Shown in pieces: positions 18,104 through 27,471 of a stretch of 64,000 nt of DNA. The notes under the pieces are model-generated. The model searched no databases and was not told the DNA's origin. It saw only the letters and a program-made list of their open reading frames with translations. The position numbers and the translations under genes were made by a program. The first letter of the stretch is position 1. Each line of letters starts with the position of its first letter. This DNA comes from an uncultured Holophagales bacterium (GTDB lineage Bacteria > Acidobacteriota > Thermoanaerobaculia > Multivoradales > UBA5704): NCBI GenBank assembly GCA_963844885.1, contig CAWJQA010000008.1:250039-314038 (forward strand). Direction: 5' to 3'.

Positions 18104-19003
18104 TCAGCGCCCGGACAACATGGCGCGCAGGACGTGGCGGGCCACTTCGGGGTTTTCGCGGAGCCGGCGCATGGAATAAGGATACCAGTCCCGGCCGTAG
18201 GGGACATAGACCCGCAGCCGGTGGCCGCCGGCGATCAGGATGCGCCGCATCTCTTCGTCCACCCCGAGGAGCATCTGGAACTCGTACTGCTCGCGGTTCA
18301 GGCCGTGGCGGTCGATCAGCCCCACCGCCCGGCAGACCAGGTGCTCGTCGTGCGTGGCGATGCCCGGGTAGACCCCGTTCTCGATCAGCTTCTCGAGCGC
18401 GCGGACGTAGTTTGCCCGAATGGTCTCGGCGCCCTTCCAGGCGATCGTCCGGGGCTCGACGTAGATCCCCTTGCAGATCCGCACGCTCGCGCCCTGCTTC
18501 GGCAGCGCCGCGATGTCCGCCAGGGTGCGCCGCATGTAGGCCTGGAGCACCACCCCGACGTTGCCGTGCTTGGCGTGCAGCTCGTGATAGATGCGCAGGG
18601 TCGCATCGGTGGTGGTGTTGTCCTCCATGTCGATGCGGACGAAGTTGCCGTACTTCTTCGCCGTGGCCACGATCCGGTCGACGTTGTCGCGGCAGAACGA
18701 TTCGTCGATCTTGAGACCCAGGAGGGTCAGCTTGATGGAGACGTTGGCGTCCAGGCGCTCACGGTCGATCGCCTCGAAGACCCGCAGGTACTCCTCCACC
18801 GCGGCCAGGGCTTTCTCCTTCTCCTTGACCTCCTCGCCGAGCACGTCGAGGGTGGCCATGGCCCCTTCCTGGTTGAGGTTGCGGACGGTGCGCACGGCGT
18901 CGGCCAGGGTCTCCCCCGCCACGTAGCGGGAGGCGACCCGGCCGACGATCGGCTTGGGCACGATGGGCAGACCGGTGACCAACAAGCGATTGAACACGCT
19001 CAT
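18104..19003 (-). CDS. proline dehydrogenase family protein
   Basis: MSVFNRLLVTGLPIVPKPIVGRVASRYVAGETLADAV...ATLDVLGEEV...GIYVEP... is typical of monofunctional proline dehydrogenases of about 300 aa. Confidence 0.8.
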   Translation of the reverse strand: MSVFNRLLVTGLPIVPKPIVGRVASRYVAGETLADAVRTVRNLNQEGAMATLDVLGEEVKEKEKALAAVEEYLRVFEAIDRERLDANVSIKLTLLGLKIDESFCRDNVDRIVATAKKYGNFVRIDMEDNTTTDATLRIYHELHAKHGNVGVVLQAYMRRTLADIAALPKQGASVRICKGIYVEPRTIAWKGAETIRANYVRALEKLIENGVYPGIATHDEHLVCRAVGLIDRHGLNREQYEFQMLLGVDEEMRRILIAGGHRLRVYVPYGRDWYPYSMRRLRENPEVARHVLRAMLSGR

Positions 19004-19022
19004 ATCGTCGATCCGATCCCGG

Positions 19023-20345
19023 TCAGAAGGCCGCGACGGCCGGAACTGGCTCGTCGACCACCCAGCGCACGGACTTGGAGCACGGGCACGAGCCGCCGAC
19101 CCGCCGCAGCGCGGGCATGCGCCCGGCCGCCTGCTCGGGCTGCATCTCGCCGCGGGCGACCTGCGCCATGGCGTCCACGAAGTCCTTGTAGTCGCGGCCG
19201 GCGCGGTAGGCGTCGGGCAGGTGCGCCTCCAGGTGGCGCAGCCAGGCCTGGAAATCGTCGAAGCGCTCGCCCGCGAAGCCCGTCATCCGGAAGGCCGGCA
19301 TGCCGCGCCGCCGGAAGAATTCGGCATGGGGCATGTGCAGGAGATCTTCCCGTTTCACCCCCTCCGCCACCTCACCCGCCAGGATGCGGTCCAGGACGGT
19401 CTCGGCCTCCTCGTTGGCGAGCGCCGGCACCCGGGCGCGCAGATAGCGGAGGTTCAGGTCGCGGACCAGCTTCGCGACCTCGTCGTAGTACTGGCTCTGC
19501 GCCTCGGCGTTCTTCATCGGCTTGAGGCCGAAGCGGACGTTCGTGCCGCCGCCGCGCTCGTCGCCGAACATCTCCAGGCCGCGCGGCAGCCACTTGTTGA
19601 TCGCCTTCTGGATCATGTCGATGCTGATCAGCCCCTCGCCCTTGGCGGCCTGCATGACCCAGCGCCGCATCGGCACCACGCCCGAGGCCAGGTGGAACGC
19701 CTCCTCGCGCAGCATCTGCGGCATGCTCTCGGCCATCGGCTGGTAGGCGCTGATCTTCTGCATGGCAAGCTGGTACTTGCCCACCCGGTCGATCAGGGCG
19801 CAGAACACCACGTTGTCCACGAACGAGTCGAAGTCGATGTTGAAGGCGCCCAGCAGGTGGGAGCCCGTGTTCATCGACAGGATGTCCTCGATCATGTCCG
19901 AGGCCGAATCCTTGGCGACCGACGTCCAGTCGTCCTCGACCAGGAGGTGGAGCATCTGGTAGCCGTGGCGCAGCTCCTCGGCCATCATGCGGAGGATCCA
20001 GAACTGCTCCTCCTCGTCCTGGGCGCGGGCCAGGGTCAGGCGGTGCTGCTGGATGGAGCCGAATTCGGTGGAGGCCTGGGCGCGGATCGCGCCATGGAGG
20101 TGATGGGCCTGCTCGGGGTTCATGTCGCCCGCACGGGTGAACTTGGGCTTGCCCTTCAGATCGCCGCACTCGATCTCGGTACACATGCCGTGCTCGCGGT
20201 AGGCGCACAGCTCGAAGCGGGGCTCCCGCGGAAAGTGCTTCTCCCAATTCTCCAGGAGGAACTCGTAATCGGGGAGATAGGCGTCCTTCCACTTGAGAAC
20301 CGCATCGTGGAAATTCTTGGGCAGGGTGGTCGTTTTGACGCTCAT
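19023..20345 (-). CDS. ferritin-like diiron oxygenase, PaaA/BoxB-like
   Basis: Two E-x-x-H diiron motifs (MAEELRHGYQM and REEAFHLASG) plus upstream STEFGSIQQH, in 440 aa. The family assignment rests on motif spacing only. Confidence 0.55.
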   Translation of the reverse strand: MSVKTTTLPKNFHDAVLKWKDAYLPDYEFLLENWEKHFPREPRFELCAYREHGMCTEIECGDLKGKPKFTRAGDMNPEQAHHLHGAIRAQASTEFGSIQQHRLTLARAQDEEEQFWILRMMAEELRHGYQMLHLLVEDDWTSVAKDSASDMIEDILSMNTGSHLLGAFNIDFDSFVDNVVFCALIDRVGKYQLAMQKISAYQPMAESMPQMLREEAFHLASGVVPMRRWVMQAAKGEGLISIDMIQKAINKWLPRGLEMFGDERGGGTNVRFGLKPMKNAEAQSQYYDEVAKLVRDLNLRYLRARVPALANEEAETVLDRILAGEVAEGVKREDLLHMPHAEFFRRRGMPAFRMTGFAGERFDDFQAWLRHLEAHLPDAYRAGRDYKDFVDAMAQVARGEMQPEQAAGRMPALRRVGGSCPCSKSVRWVVDEPVPAVAAF

Positions 20346-20361
20346 CCTCTCTTCTCTCTCC

Positions 20362-20811
20362 TCAAAGGGTCCGCACGAACGGCCTCAGGGTCGATGGCTG
20401 GAAACCGAGGGCGCTGAAGAAGCCGCGGATCTCCCCCATGTCCTCGTCCACCAGGGTCCGGACGCTGCGGACACCCTGCCGCCGGAAGTAGTTCATCATG
20501 ACGTCGGCCAGACGCCGGCCGACCGCCTTGCCCCGGGCGCCGGGATCGACGCCCAGGTGCTCGATCCAGCCGGTCGGCTCCTCGATGCCGAACTCTCCGG
20601 ACCGGACCTCGCCCAGCATGAAGCCGACGGCCCGGCCGTCCACCTCGGCGATCACCGACGCCTCGGGGTCCCGCCGCAGGTAATAACCGACGCGGCGCTC
20701 CCAGACTTCCGGCCTGTACTGGCCGGTGATCTTTTCATCGATGCCGACGATGGCGCTGATGTCGAGCTCGTCGACGGGGCGGACGCGGACCTCGGTTGCC
20801 GTTTCAGCCAT
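20362..20811 (-). CDS. GNAT family N-acetyltransferase
   Basis: 149 aa. The acetyl-CoA binding region HLGVDPGARGKAVGRRL is present. Confidence 0.8.
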   Translation of the reverse strand: MAETATEVRVRPVDELDISAIVGIDEKITGQYRPEVWERRVGYYLRRDPEASVIAEVDGRAVGFMLGEVRSGEFGIEEPTGWIEHLGVDPGARGKAVGRRLADVMMNYFRRQGVRSVRTLVDEDMGEIRGFFSALGFQPSTLRPFVRTL

Positions 20812-20906
20812 TTCTTAGAACCTTTTCTCTGCGAGGAGCCGGGGACGGCGGGCTGGCCGGCCGGACCGCTGCGATCACCGCGATTCTACCTTATCCTTGC
20901 GCCGCC

Positions 20907-21857
20907 ATGGAAAGCCCTGCTGCCGCCTCCTCTCCATCCGTGTCCGGGACCCGCCCCGGGCCGGCGGTCCATCTCGGCCTGCTTTTCGTCCAGGTCTGCT
21001 TCGGCGGCTTCCACGTCGTGGCCAAGAGCCTCCTCTCCGGCCTGGCCCCTCTCGCCGTGGTCGGGCTGCGGGTCGCCATCGCCACCCCCATCCTGGTCGC
21101 CATCGCCTGGCGCCACGACCGCCCGCACCGGACCCTACCCTCCGGCCGCGACCTCCTCCAGCTCGCCTTCCTGGGCGCCCTGGGCGTCGCCGCCAACCAG
21201 ATTCTCTTCATCCTCGGGCTCCAGCACACCACGGCCAACAACGCCTCCATTCTGATGACCTGCCTGCCGGTGTTCGCCGTGGCTGCCGGCGCTCTCCTCG
21301 GCATCGAGACCATCGGCCCGCGGCGGGCCCTGGGCATCGCTCTCGCCGTCGCCGGCGCCCTGGTCATGGTCAATCCGATGCGCTTCTCGTCGTCCGGCAG
21401 GATGGGTCTGGGCAACCTGCTGATCCTGGGCAACTGTCTTTCCTACGCGCTGTTCCTCGTGTTCCAGCGGCCGATCCTGCGGCGCCTCCCCTGGCGCACG
21501 GTCATCGCCGGCTCGTTCGTGTTCGGCGGCTCCGCGGTCTTCCTGACCAGCCTGCCGGCGCTCGCCGCGCTCGACTTCCGGGCGGTGCCCGTGACCACCT
21601 GGCTCGGAATCCTCTACATCGCGCTGTTCGGGACGGTGGCGGCGTACGCCCTGAACACCTGGGCCGTGCGGCGCTCCTCGCCGGCCCTGGTGGCGGCCTA
21701 CGGCATGCTGCAGCCCGTGGTGACGGCGACGCTCGCCGCGGCGTTCCTGGGAGAGACCTTGGGCTGGACCGAAGGCGCGGGCTTCGCGCTGATCGTGGCC
21801 GGGCTCTGGCAGGTCAACGCAGGAGGCGCCGGCGAAGCCGCTCGAGCCAGAGGCTGA
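20907..21857 (+). CDS. EamA/DMT family transporter
   Basis: About ten hydrophobic helices in two EamA-like halves. I chose ATG 20907 (MESPAAASS...). Confidence 0.85.
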   Translation: MESPAAASSPSVSGTRPGPAVHLGLLFVQVCFGGFHVVAKSLLSGLAPLAVVGLRVAIATPILVAIAWRHDRPHRTLPSGRDLLQLAFLGALGVAANQILFILGLQHTTANNASILMTCLPVFAVAAGALLGIETIGPRRALGIALAVAGALVMVNPMRFSSSGRMGLGNLLILGNCLSYALFLVFQRPILRRLPWRTVIAGSFVFGGSAVFLTSLPALAALDFRAVPVTTWLGILYIALFGTVAAYALNTWAVRRSSPALVAAYGMLQPVVTATLAAAFLGETLGWTEGAGFALIVAGLWQVNAGGAGEAARARG

Positions 21858-22719
21858 GCACACTGCGGCGAATCTGCCGCAGCCGGGCCTCTGCATACGT
21901 TTGTTGGAACGCTTGTTGGAAATTACCGCGGATGCAGCCCAGCTCCAGGAAGATCCGGCCCACCCGGTCCCACTGCCCCATGCGGCGGTACAGCAGGATG
22001 GCCCGGCTGAGCAGGCGGGCCGCCTCCTCGGGCCGCTCCTGGGCGGTGCGCAGCGCGGCCTTGCCCTCCAGAACCCGGGCCCTTTCGAGCCGGTCGCCGG
22101 TGCCGCGCAGCAGGTGAGCCTCGGCTCGGCGCAGGGCCTCCTCGGCGCCGCGCAGGTCGCGGACCAGGCGCCGGACGTCGGCGAGAGACGTCCAGGCGCG
22201 GGCGGTCAGCTCCTGGACCAGGGCCTGGGGATGGACCGCGGTGTCGATCCGGCCTGCCAGGCTGATGGCCAGCCCCGCGCAAAGCGCGGACTCCCTCAGA
22301 TCGCGCACGGTCCGCGCGCGGTCCAGAAGGAGCTCACAGGCGCCCCAGGTGTGGAAGCGCGGATCGGATTTGAGCACCGCCGGCCACTCTTCGCGCGGCC
22401 GGGCCTCCAGCTCCACCATGAGCCGGCGGGCCTCGGCGCGCTCCGCCTCCAGGCCGGCGCGGGCGTTGCGTACCCGTTCGACGACGCGGTTCAGGGTGCT
22501 GTCGTAGCGGAACCGCTCCGACAGCTCGCCGCCGTCCTCGACCCCCGCATTCCAGAACGTGGTGGTGACTTCCTGGCAGCGCGGGCAGCCGGGCAGCAGG
22601 TGCAGGATCACCCGCCGGGACTCCCGCTGGGACAGCCGGCCCAGCATGAAATCCTCGAGATCCGCCCGCTTGGGATGGAGATCGGGCCTGGCCCCAACGT
22701 CATGCAAGATCGGTGGCAT
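21814..22719 (-). CDS. hypothetical protein with N-terminal Cys-x2-Cys motif and helical repeat body
   Basis: 301-aa ORF with LHLLPGCPRCQ near the N-terminus and an Ala/Arg/Leu-rich helical remainder. Its 3' end overlaps the convergent EamA gene by 44 nt. Confidence 0.5.
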   Translation of the reverse strand: MPPILHDVGARPDLHPKRADLEDFMLGRLSQRESRRVILHLLPGCPRCQEVTTTFWNAGVEDGGELSERFRYDSTLNRVVERVRNARAGLEAERAEARRLMVELEARPREEWPAVLKSDPRFHTWGACELLLDRARTVRDLRESALCAGLAISLAGRIDTAVHPQALVQELTARAWTSLADVRRLVRDLRGAEEALRRAEAHLLRGTGDRLERARVLEGKAALRTAQERPEEAARLLSRAILLYRRMGQWDRVGRIFLELGCIRGNFQQAFQQTYAEARLRQIRRSVLSLWLERLRRRLLR

Positions 22720-22803
22720 GATCGTAATTGTACCCTATTTCCACGAAAACACCGCAACCGGGCCGCGTCCAGTCTGGAGGAAGGCCCGGCTTTTCGGAAG
22801 CTC

Positions 22804-23784
22804 CTACCGTGTCACCAGTATCTCCCCGGTCGGTTTGACTCTCTCGCCGGCCGCCGCCGCGGCCCCGGCGACGTGCTCGTGGGCGTGGTAGCTGCTCCTC
22901 ACCAGGGGGCCGGCCTCGCAGTGGGCGAACCCCAGCGACAAGGCGTATACGCGGTAGCCTCCGAACTCGTCCGGATGCACCCAGCGGTCCACCGGCAGAT
23001 GCTTGGGGGTGGGCTGGAGGTACTGGCCGAGGGTCAAAATCTCGACCCCGGCACCGCGGATGTCGCGGATCGTCGAACGGACCTCGTCCGGGGTCTCTCC
23101 CAGGCCGACCATGATCCCGGTCTTCACCCGGCCGGCGTACTCCCCTTCGCCGCGACGCCGGGAGGCCTCGGCCAGCAGGGCGAGGCTGCGATCGTAGCGG
23201 CTGCCCGGCCGCGCCTGGCGGTACATCCTCGGGACCGTCTCCATGTTGTGCGAGAAGACCTCCGGCGCGGCGCCGAGGACCACGTCGAGGGCACCGGGCA
23301 CGCCGCGGAAGTCGGGCGTCAGCACCTCCACCGCGGCCTCCGGACTGCGCCGGTGGATCGCGCGGATGACCTGGGCGAAGTGGCCGGCGCCGCCGTCGGG
23401 AAGGTCGTCGCGGTCCACCGAGGTGATGACGGCGTGGCGCAGGCCCATGACCTCCACGGCCTCGGCCACGTGCTCGGGCTCGCCGGGGTCGACGCCGGCC
23501 TGCGGCCGGCCGGAGGTCACGGCGCAGAAGCCACAGCGGCGGGTGCAGACGTCGCCGAGAATCATGAAAGTGGCCGTGCCGTGCTCGCCCCAGCACTCAT
23601 AGATGTTGGGGCAGCGGGCCTCCTGGCAGACGGTGTGGAGGCTCAAACGGTCCACGAGGCCGCGGACCTTGTGATAGGAGGCCGGGGTCGCCAGGCGAAT
23701 GCGCAGCCAGTCGGGCCGCGGCTCTCGAGCGGGGCGGGCAGGCCGGTTCGCACGGCCACCGATCTGGATTAGAGTCTCGCTCAT
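22804..23784 (-). CDS. lipA: lipoyl synthase
   Basis: CQEARCPNIYECW and the radical-SAM motif CTRRCGFCAV are present. I prefer ATG 23784; an upstream ATG at 23814 is the alternative. Confidence 0.9.
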   Translation of the reverse strand: MSETLIQIGGRANRPARPAREPRPDWLRIRLATPASYHKVRGLVDRLSLHTVCQEARCPNIYECWGEHGTATFMILGDVCTRRCGFCAVTSGRPQAGVDPGEPEHVAEAVEVMGLRHAVITSVDRDDLPDGGAGHFAQVIRAIHRRSPEAAVEVLTPDFRGVPGALDVVLGAAPEVFSHNMETVPRMYRQARPGSRYDRSLALLAEASRRRGEGEYAGRVKTGIMVGLGETPDEVRSTIRDIRGAGVEILTLGQYLQPTPKHLPVDRWVHPDEFGGYRVYALSLGFAHCEAGPLVRSSYHAHEHVAGAAAAAGERVKPTGEILVTR

Positions 23785-23812
23785 GGGCGCTAGTGTATCC
23801 CGGGTCTCAGCC

Positions 23813-25027
23813 ATGAACCGCACCCTTCTCCGGCTTGCCGCCGCCTGCGCCCTCCTGGCGCCGGGCCCGGCGGCCTTTGCCGGTATCCTTTCGGGCAACT
23901 GCCGGATCGCCGACCAGCCCGCGGCCACCCTGCTCTACCCTTACTTCGAGACCGACCTCGATCGCAGCGACGGCACCACCACCCTGATCTCGATCAACAA
24001 CGCCTCTTCGCGGCCGACCCTCACCCGCGTCGTCCTGTGGACGGACTGGGGCGTGCCGACGCTCGCCTTCGACCTCTACCTGACCGGCTACGACATCCAG
24101 AGCCTCAACCTGCGCGACGTGATGCACGGCCTGATCCCGGGCACCGGCCCGGGGATCAGCCCGAACGGGCCGCTGTCGGACACCGGCACCGTCTTTCCCG
24201 GCTGCGGCGCCACCCAGCATGCCGCCTCCGGTCTGGATCGCGACTATCTGCAGGCGGCCCACACCGGCCGGCCCCTGCCCGGTACGGCTCCGGCGCAGTG
24301 CCTGAGCAGCGGCTCGCGGGGATCCCGGATCGCCACCGGCTACGTCACCGTCGACGTGGCCAACCGCTGCTCTCCCACCACGACCGGCGGCACCCAAAAC
24401 ACCCCCGCCGATCCGGCCTATTTCAAGGCCGGCGGCACCGGCCTGGCCGCGGACAACAACGTGCTCTGGGGCGAGTACTTCTACGTCGACCCGAGCCGGA
24501 ATTCTTCGGACAGCCAGACCGCGGTCCACATCGTCGCGGACCCCGACGCCTTCTCGGCCGGCGACTACACTTTCTACGGCCGCTACGTCGGCTTCGACTC
24601 GCGGGACGACCGCGCGCCGCTGTCCAGCCTCTATTACGTCCGCTACCTGAACGGCGGACCGTTCTCGGGCGGCACGGACCTGGTGGTCTGGCGCGACAAC
24701 CGCTCGTCCGTCACCAGTGCCCGGAGCTGCGGCGGCAGCCCGGAATGGGCGCCGCTCGGGGAGTTCCAGCTCGTGGCCTTCGACGAAGAGGAAAACCCCG
24801 AGGAGATTCCACACAGCCGGGCCTTCCCCCTGACCACGCAGAAGGTCCACGTCGGGAGCGACAGCCTGTCCGTAGGCGACAACTTCGGCTGGATGATGAT
24901 CGATCTCTGGCACCCCGACGCCACCCACGCGCAAGGCTGGGTAGGAGTCGTGATGACCGCCGAAGGCCGCTTCTCGGTCTCCCACCAGGCGATCCGGGCG
25001 GACGACCTCTGTAATTTCGGGTTGTAA
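23813..25027 (+). CDS. exported hypothetical protein (404 aa)
   Basis: Signal peptide MNRTLLRLAAACALLAPGPAAFAG. The rest has non-junk composition. No family recognised. Confidence 0.65.
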   Translation: MNRTLLRLAAACALLAPGPAAFAGILSGNCRIADQPAATLLYPYFETDLDRSDGTTTLISINNASSRPTLTRVVLWTDWGVPTLAFDLYLTGYDIQSLNLRDVMHGLIPGTGPGISPNGPLSDTGTVFPGCGATQHAASGLDRDYLQAAHTGRPLPGTAPAQCLSSGSRGSRIATGYVTVDVANRCSPTTTGGTQNTPADPAYFKAGGTGLAADNNVLWGEYFYVDPSRNSSDSQTAVHIVADPDAFSAGDYTFYGRYVGFDSRDDRAPLSSLYYVRYLNGGPFSGGTDLVVWRDNRSSVTSARSCGGSPEWAPLGEFQLVAFDEEENPEEIPHSRAFPLTTQKVHVGSDSLSVGDNFGWMMIDLWHPDATHAQGWVGVVMTAEGRFSVSHQAIRADDLCNFGL

Positions 25028-25038
25028 GGAGCCATTCC

Positions 25039-26304
25039 CTATGTTTCGGAGTCACCCATCAGGGTCCGGCCCCAATCCGCCCACTGCCAGAAGTCCGGGT
25101 AGAAGGGGATGCGCGGAAACTCACGCTTGAGGTTCAAGGCATACTTCTCGCGGTACACCGGGTCGTGCAGCACGCCGTAGACGTAATGGAAGATCGCCTC
25201 CTTGGTGATCAGCCGATCCTTCTTGCCTCGGCCCGGCTTGTAGTGCTGCTGGAACTGGTCGAGGGCCCAGTCTGTGATGTTGTCGTGCCGCCTACCCTCT
25301 TGATCATAGCGGTATAAGCCGACGCCTTGGAATCCATCCGAGCTTGCCGCCAAATGGTATTCCGCGAGATCGCGTGATGCCAAGGGACTGAAGGGCGAAC
25401 GTGAACCGCGGTCATTAAAGAAGATGGCAAGATTAGGGGCGTTGGGTGGAAAGAACGCAGGCATCTGGTTTGGCATCTCGACCAGGCTCGGGGCGAAGTA
25501 GAGCCACTTGCGAACGAAGGGCCGATATAGTGAAGTCACAATAGCGCTGTCGTCGAGATTGAGCTTCACCCGCCAGTTGCATAGGGAAAACCACTTGAAC
25601 CGCATCAAAGCCCCGTCAAACAAGCGTTCGGAGCTTTCCATACCTCTGCTTCTGGATCTCACCGTGGGTGACCTCCTCCGGCCGCGGCATGACCTCCAAG
25701 CAAGGGCGCGTTGCAAAGCGCCGCGGTTCTTGTTGTTCTCATTCTCGTTGAGCTGGTTCGCGTTGTAGGGCGGATTGCCGATGATCACGCTGATCCTGCG
25801 ATGAGGCTGCGCCCGAAGTGCTCCTCGCAAAGCCAGTCGGCGCTTTCGATCATGAAGCGCACGATCTCGTTCGGGGTGTAGACCACACCGAGCCGGTCCG
25901 CTGCCTTGGGGTTGTAGGCCTTGTAGAAACCTTCGTAGATCACCTTGAGGAAGCTCTGCTTCTCGTGGTGCGTGGCGATCTGGGCGGCGGCGGAGCGGAT
26001 GGCTGCGTAGTAGGGCTCTGTCCTGGTGGAGCCGGGTGCCCGGGAACACCGCGACGAAGATCTCCTCCGTGAGGATGTGCTGGATGAGCATCTCCCGCAC
26101 GTCCGCCGCGGTGAGGCTGGGGTTGATGGTCTCCTGGGCGCGGACGAGGAAGCTCTCGGCCGCCCGGCGAAACTCGGCGCCGGCCTTGTGAGCCGCTTCG
26201 ATCCGGTCGCGAAGCGCATCGAGCACGGCGGCGAGGTCGGCCTTGAACTGGTCCACGGCCTTGCGAAACTGAGCGACTTCGGGCCGCGTGTAGGAGAAAG
26301 ACAT
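25039..26304 (-). pseudogene. type ISP-like restriction-modification enzyme remnant (methyltransferase + C-terminal specificity part)
   Basis: The pieces lie in two frames. These are INPSLTAADVREMLIQHILTEEIF, LGVVYTPNEIVRFMIESADWLCEEHFGRSL, IIGNPPYNANQLNENENNKNR, and YRPFVRKWLYF...ITDWALDQF...IFHYVYGVLHDPVYREKYALNLKREFPRIPF. The SAM-binding region and the helicase/nuclease parts are absent. GC content is visibly lower around 25300-25780. Confidence 0.7.
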
Positions 26305-26370
26305 ACCTCGAAGACCCTGCTGCCGGGGCGGAGAGGACGGCGGACCTTTTCTAAATCGAGGCTCAGCCCC

Positions 26371-27471
26371 TCACGAGCTGCGCCCGACATACCCCGCCCA
26401 CTGCGCCAGTCGTTCCTGGACCGTCCGGCCAAGGCTTTCGAGTGACGCCAGGTCGGTGGGCTCTTCCGGGAGGAGAGGGATATCGATCAGAGGCTGCTCG
26501 CGGTCGAGGAGCTTCTGGAGCTCGATCAGCCCGTAGTGGTCCCGCTCGCCGAGCCAGGTCAGGAGCTCCCAGCCGTTCGGCTGGCAGATGTCCTTGCTCG
26601 GCGGGGCGTTCTGGACCTGGTAGTGCGGATGCACCCGGTTGACGATGACCGGACCCAGATGGAAACCGGCCTGCTCCAGACGGCGGGCGAAGAAAAGGGT
26701 ATCCGGAATGCGCTCTTCCCCGGGACCGGAGACGAGGATGAAGCGGGTTTTCGGCGAGCGCAGGAGCTTCTCCACGGCCTGCGCCCGCTCCCGGAATCCT
26801 TCGAAGAGCGGGCCGAAGGCCTGGAAAAACTCGGCCATGTCGCGCAGGAGGTCGAGGCCGACCACGTCGTCCAGGAAGCGCTCGGCACGGCGGCCCAGCG
26901 GACCCCAGCGGCTCGCTCCCTTGAGCCTCCCCTCTTCGTCGAACCAGGGCTTCAACGCCACGCGGATGGCGCCGCTCTCCAGAAAACCGATGATTCGCGC
27001 CGGCGCCTCCAGAAAGTCCAGGGCCTGCCGCGTCGGCGGTGTGTCCAGGATGATTTGGGAGTAGCCGCCTTCCGCTTCCACTTCGAAAAGGCGCTCGACC
27101 GCCATGTATTCCAGGATGCCGCCCAGGCTCCCGGAGAGATGCTGATAAAAACGGTTGCCGAGGATCCGGCCCGCCTGATCTCCGGTCTGGGCGTAGCGCT
27201 CGATGAGCCGGTCGAAGGTCTGGCGGGCGTCGAGAAGGCTCGCGCTCAGCCGGCCGGGCGCGTCCAGCGGCACGGGGATCTCGTGGAGCTTCGCTTCTTC
27301 CCCCACTCCCAAGGCGTCCTTGAGGCGGAGCGACGGATCGAACGTCATCACCAGGGTATCGCGGCCCTGGCGCGCCGACAGGACTCCCATGGCGGCGGCG
27401 AGCGTGGTCTTCCCCACGCCTCCCGAGCCCACGACGACGACCAGCGGATGCCGGTCCGAGATCAGCTCCAT
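26371..27471 (-). CDS. ArsA-family (GET3/ArsA-like) ATPase
   Basis: MELISDRHPLVVVVGSGGVGKTTLAAAMG (deviant Walker A). GGGAGGGAG precedes the ATG. Confidence 0.8.
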   Translation of the reverse strand: MELISDRHPLVVVVGSGGVGKTTLAAAMGVLSARQGRDTLVMTFDPSLRLKDALGVGEEAKLHEIPVPLDAPGRLSASLLDARQTFDRLIERYAQTGDQAGRILGNRFYQHLSGSLGGILEYMAVERLFEVEAEGGYSQIILDTPPTRQALDFLEAPARIIGFLESGAIRVALKPWFDEEGRLKGASRWGPLGRRAERFLDDVVGLDLLRDMAEFFQAFGPLFEGFRERAQAVEKLLRSPKTRFILVSGPGEERIPDTLFFARRLEQAGFHLGPVIVNRVHPHYQVQNAPPSKDICQPNGWELLTWLGERDHYGLIELQKLLDREQPLIDIPLLPEEPTDLASLESLGRTVQERLAQWAGYVGRSS

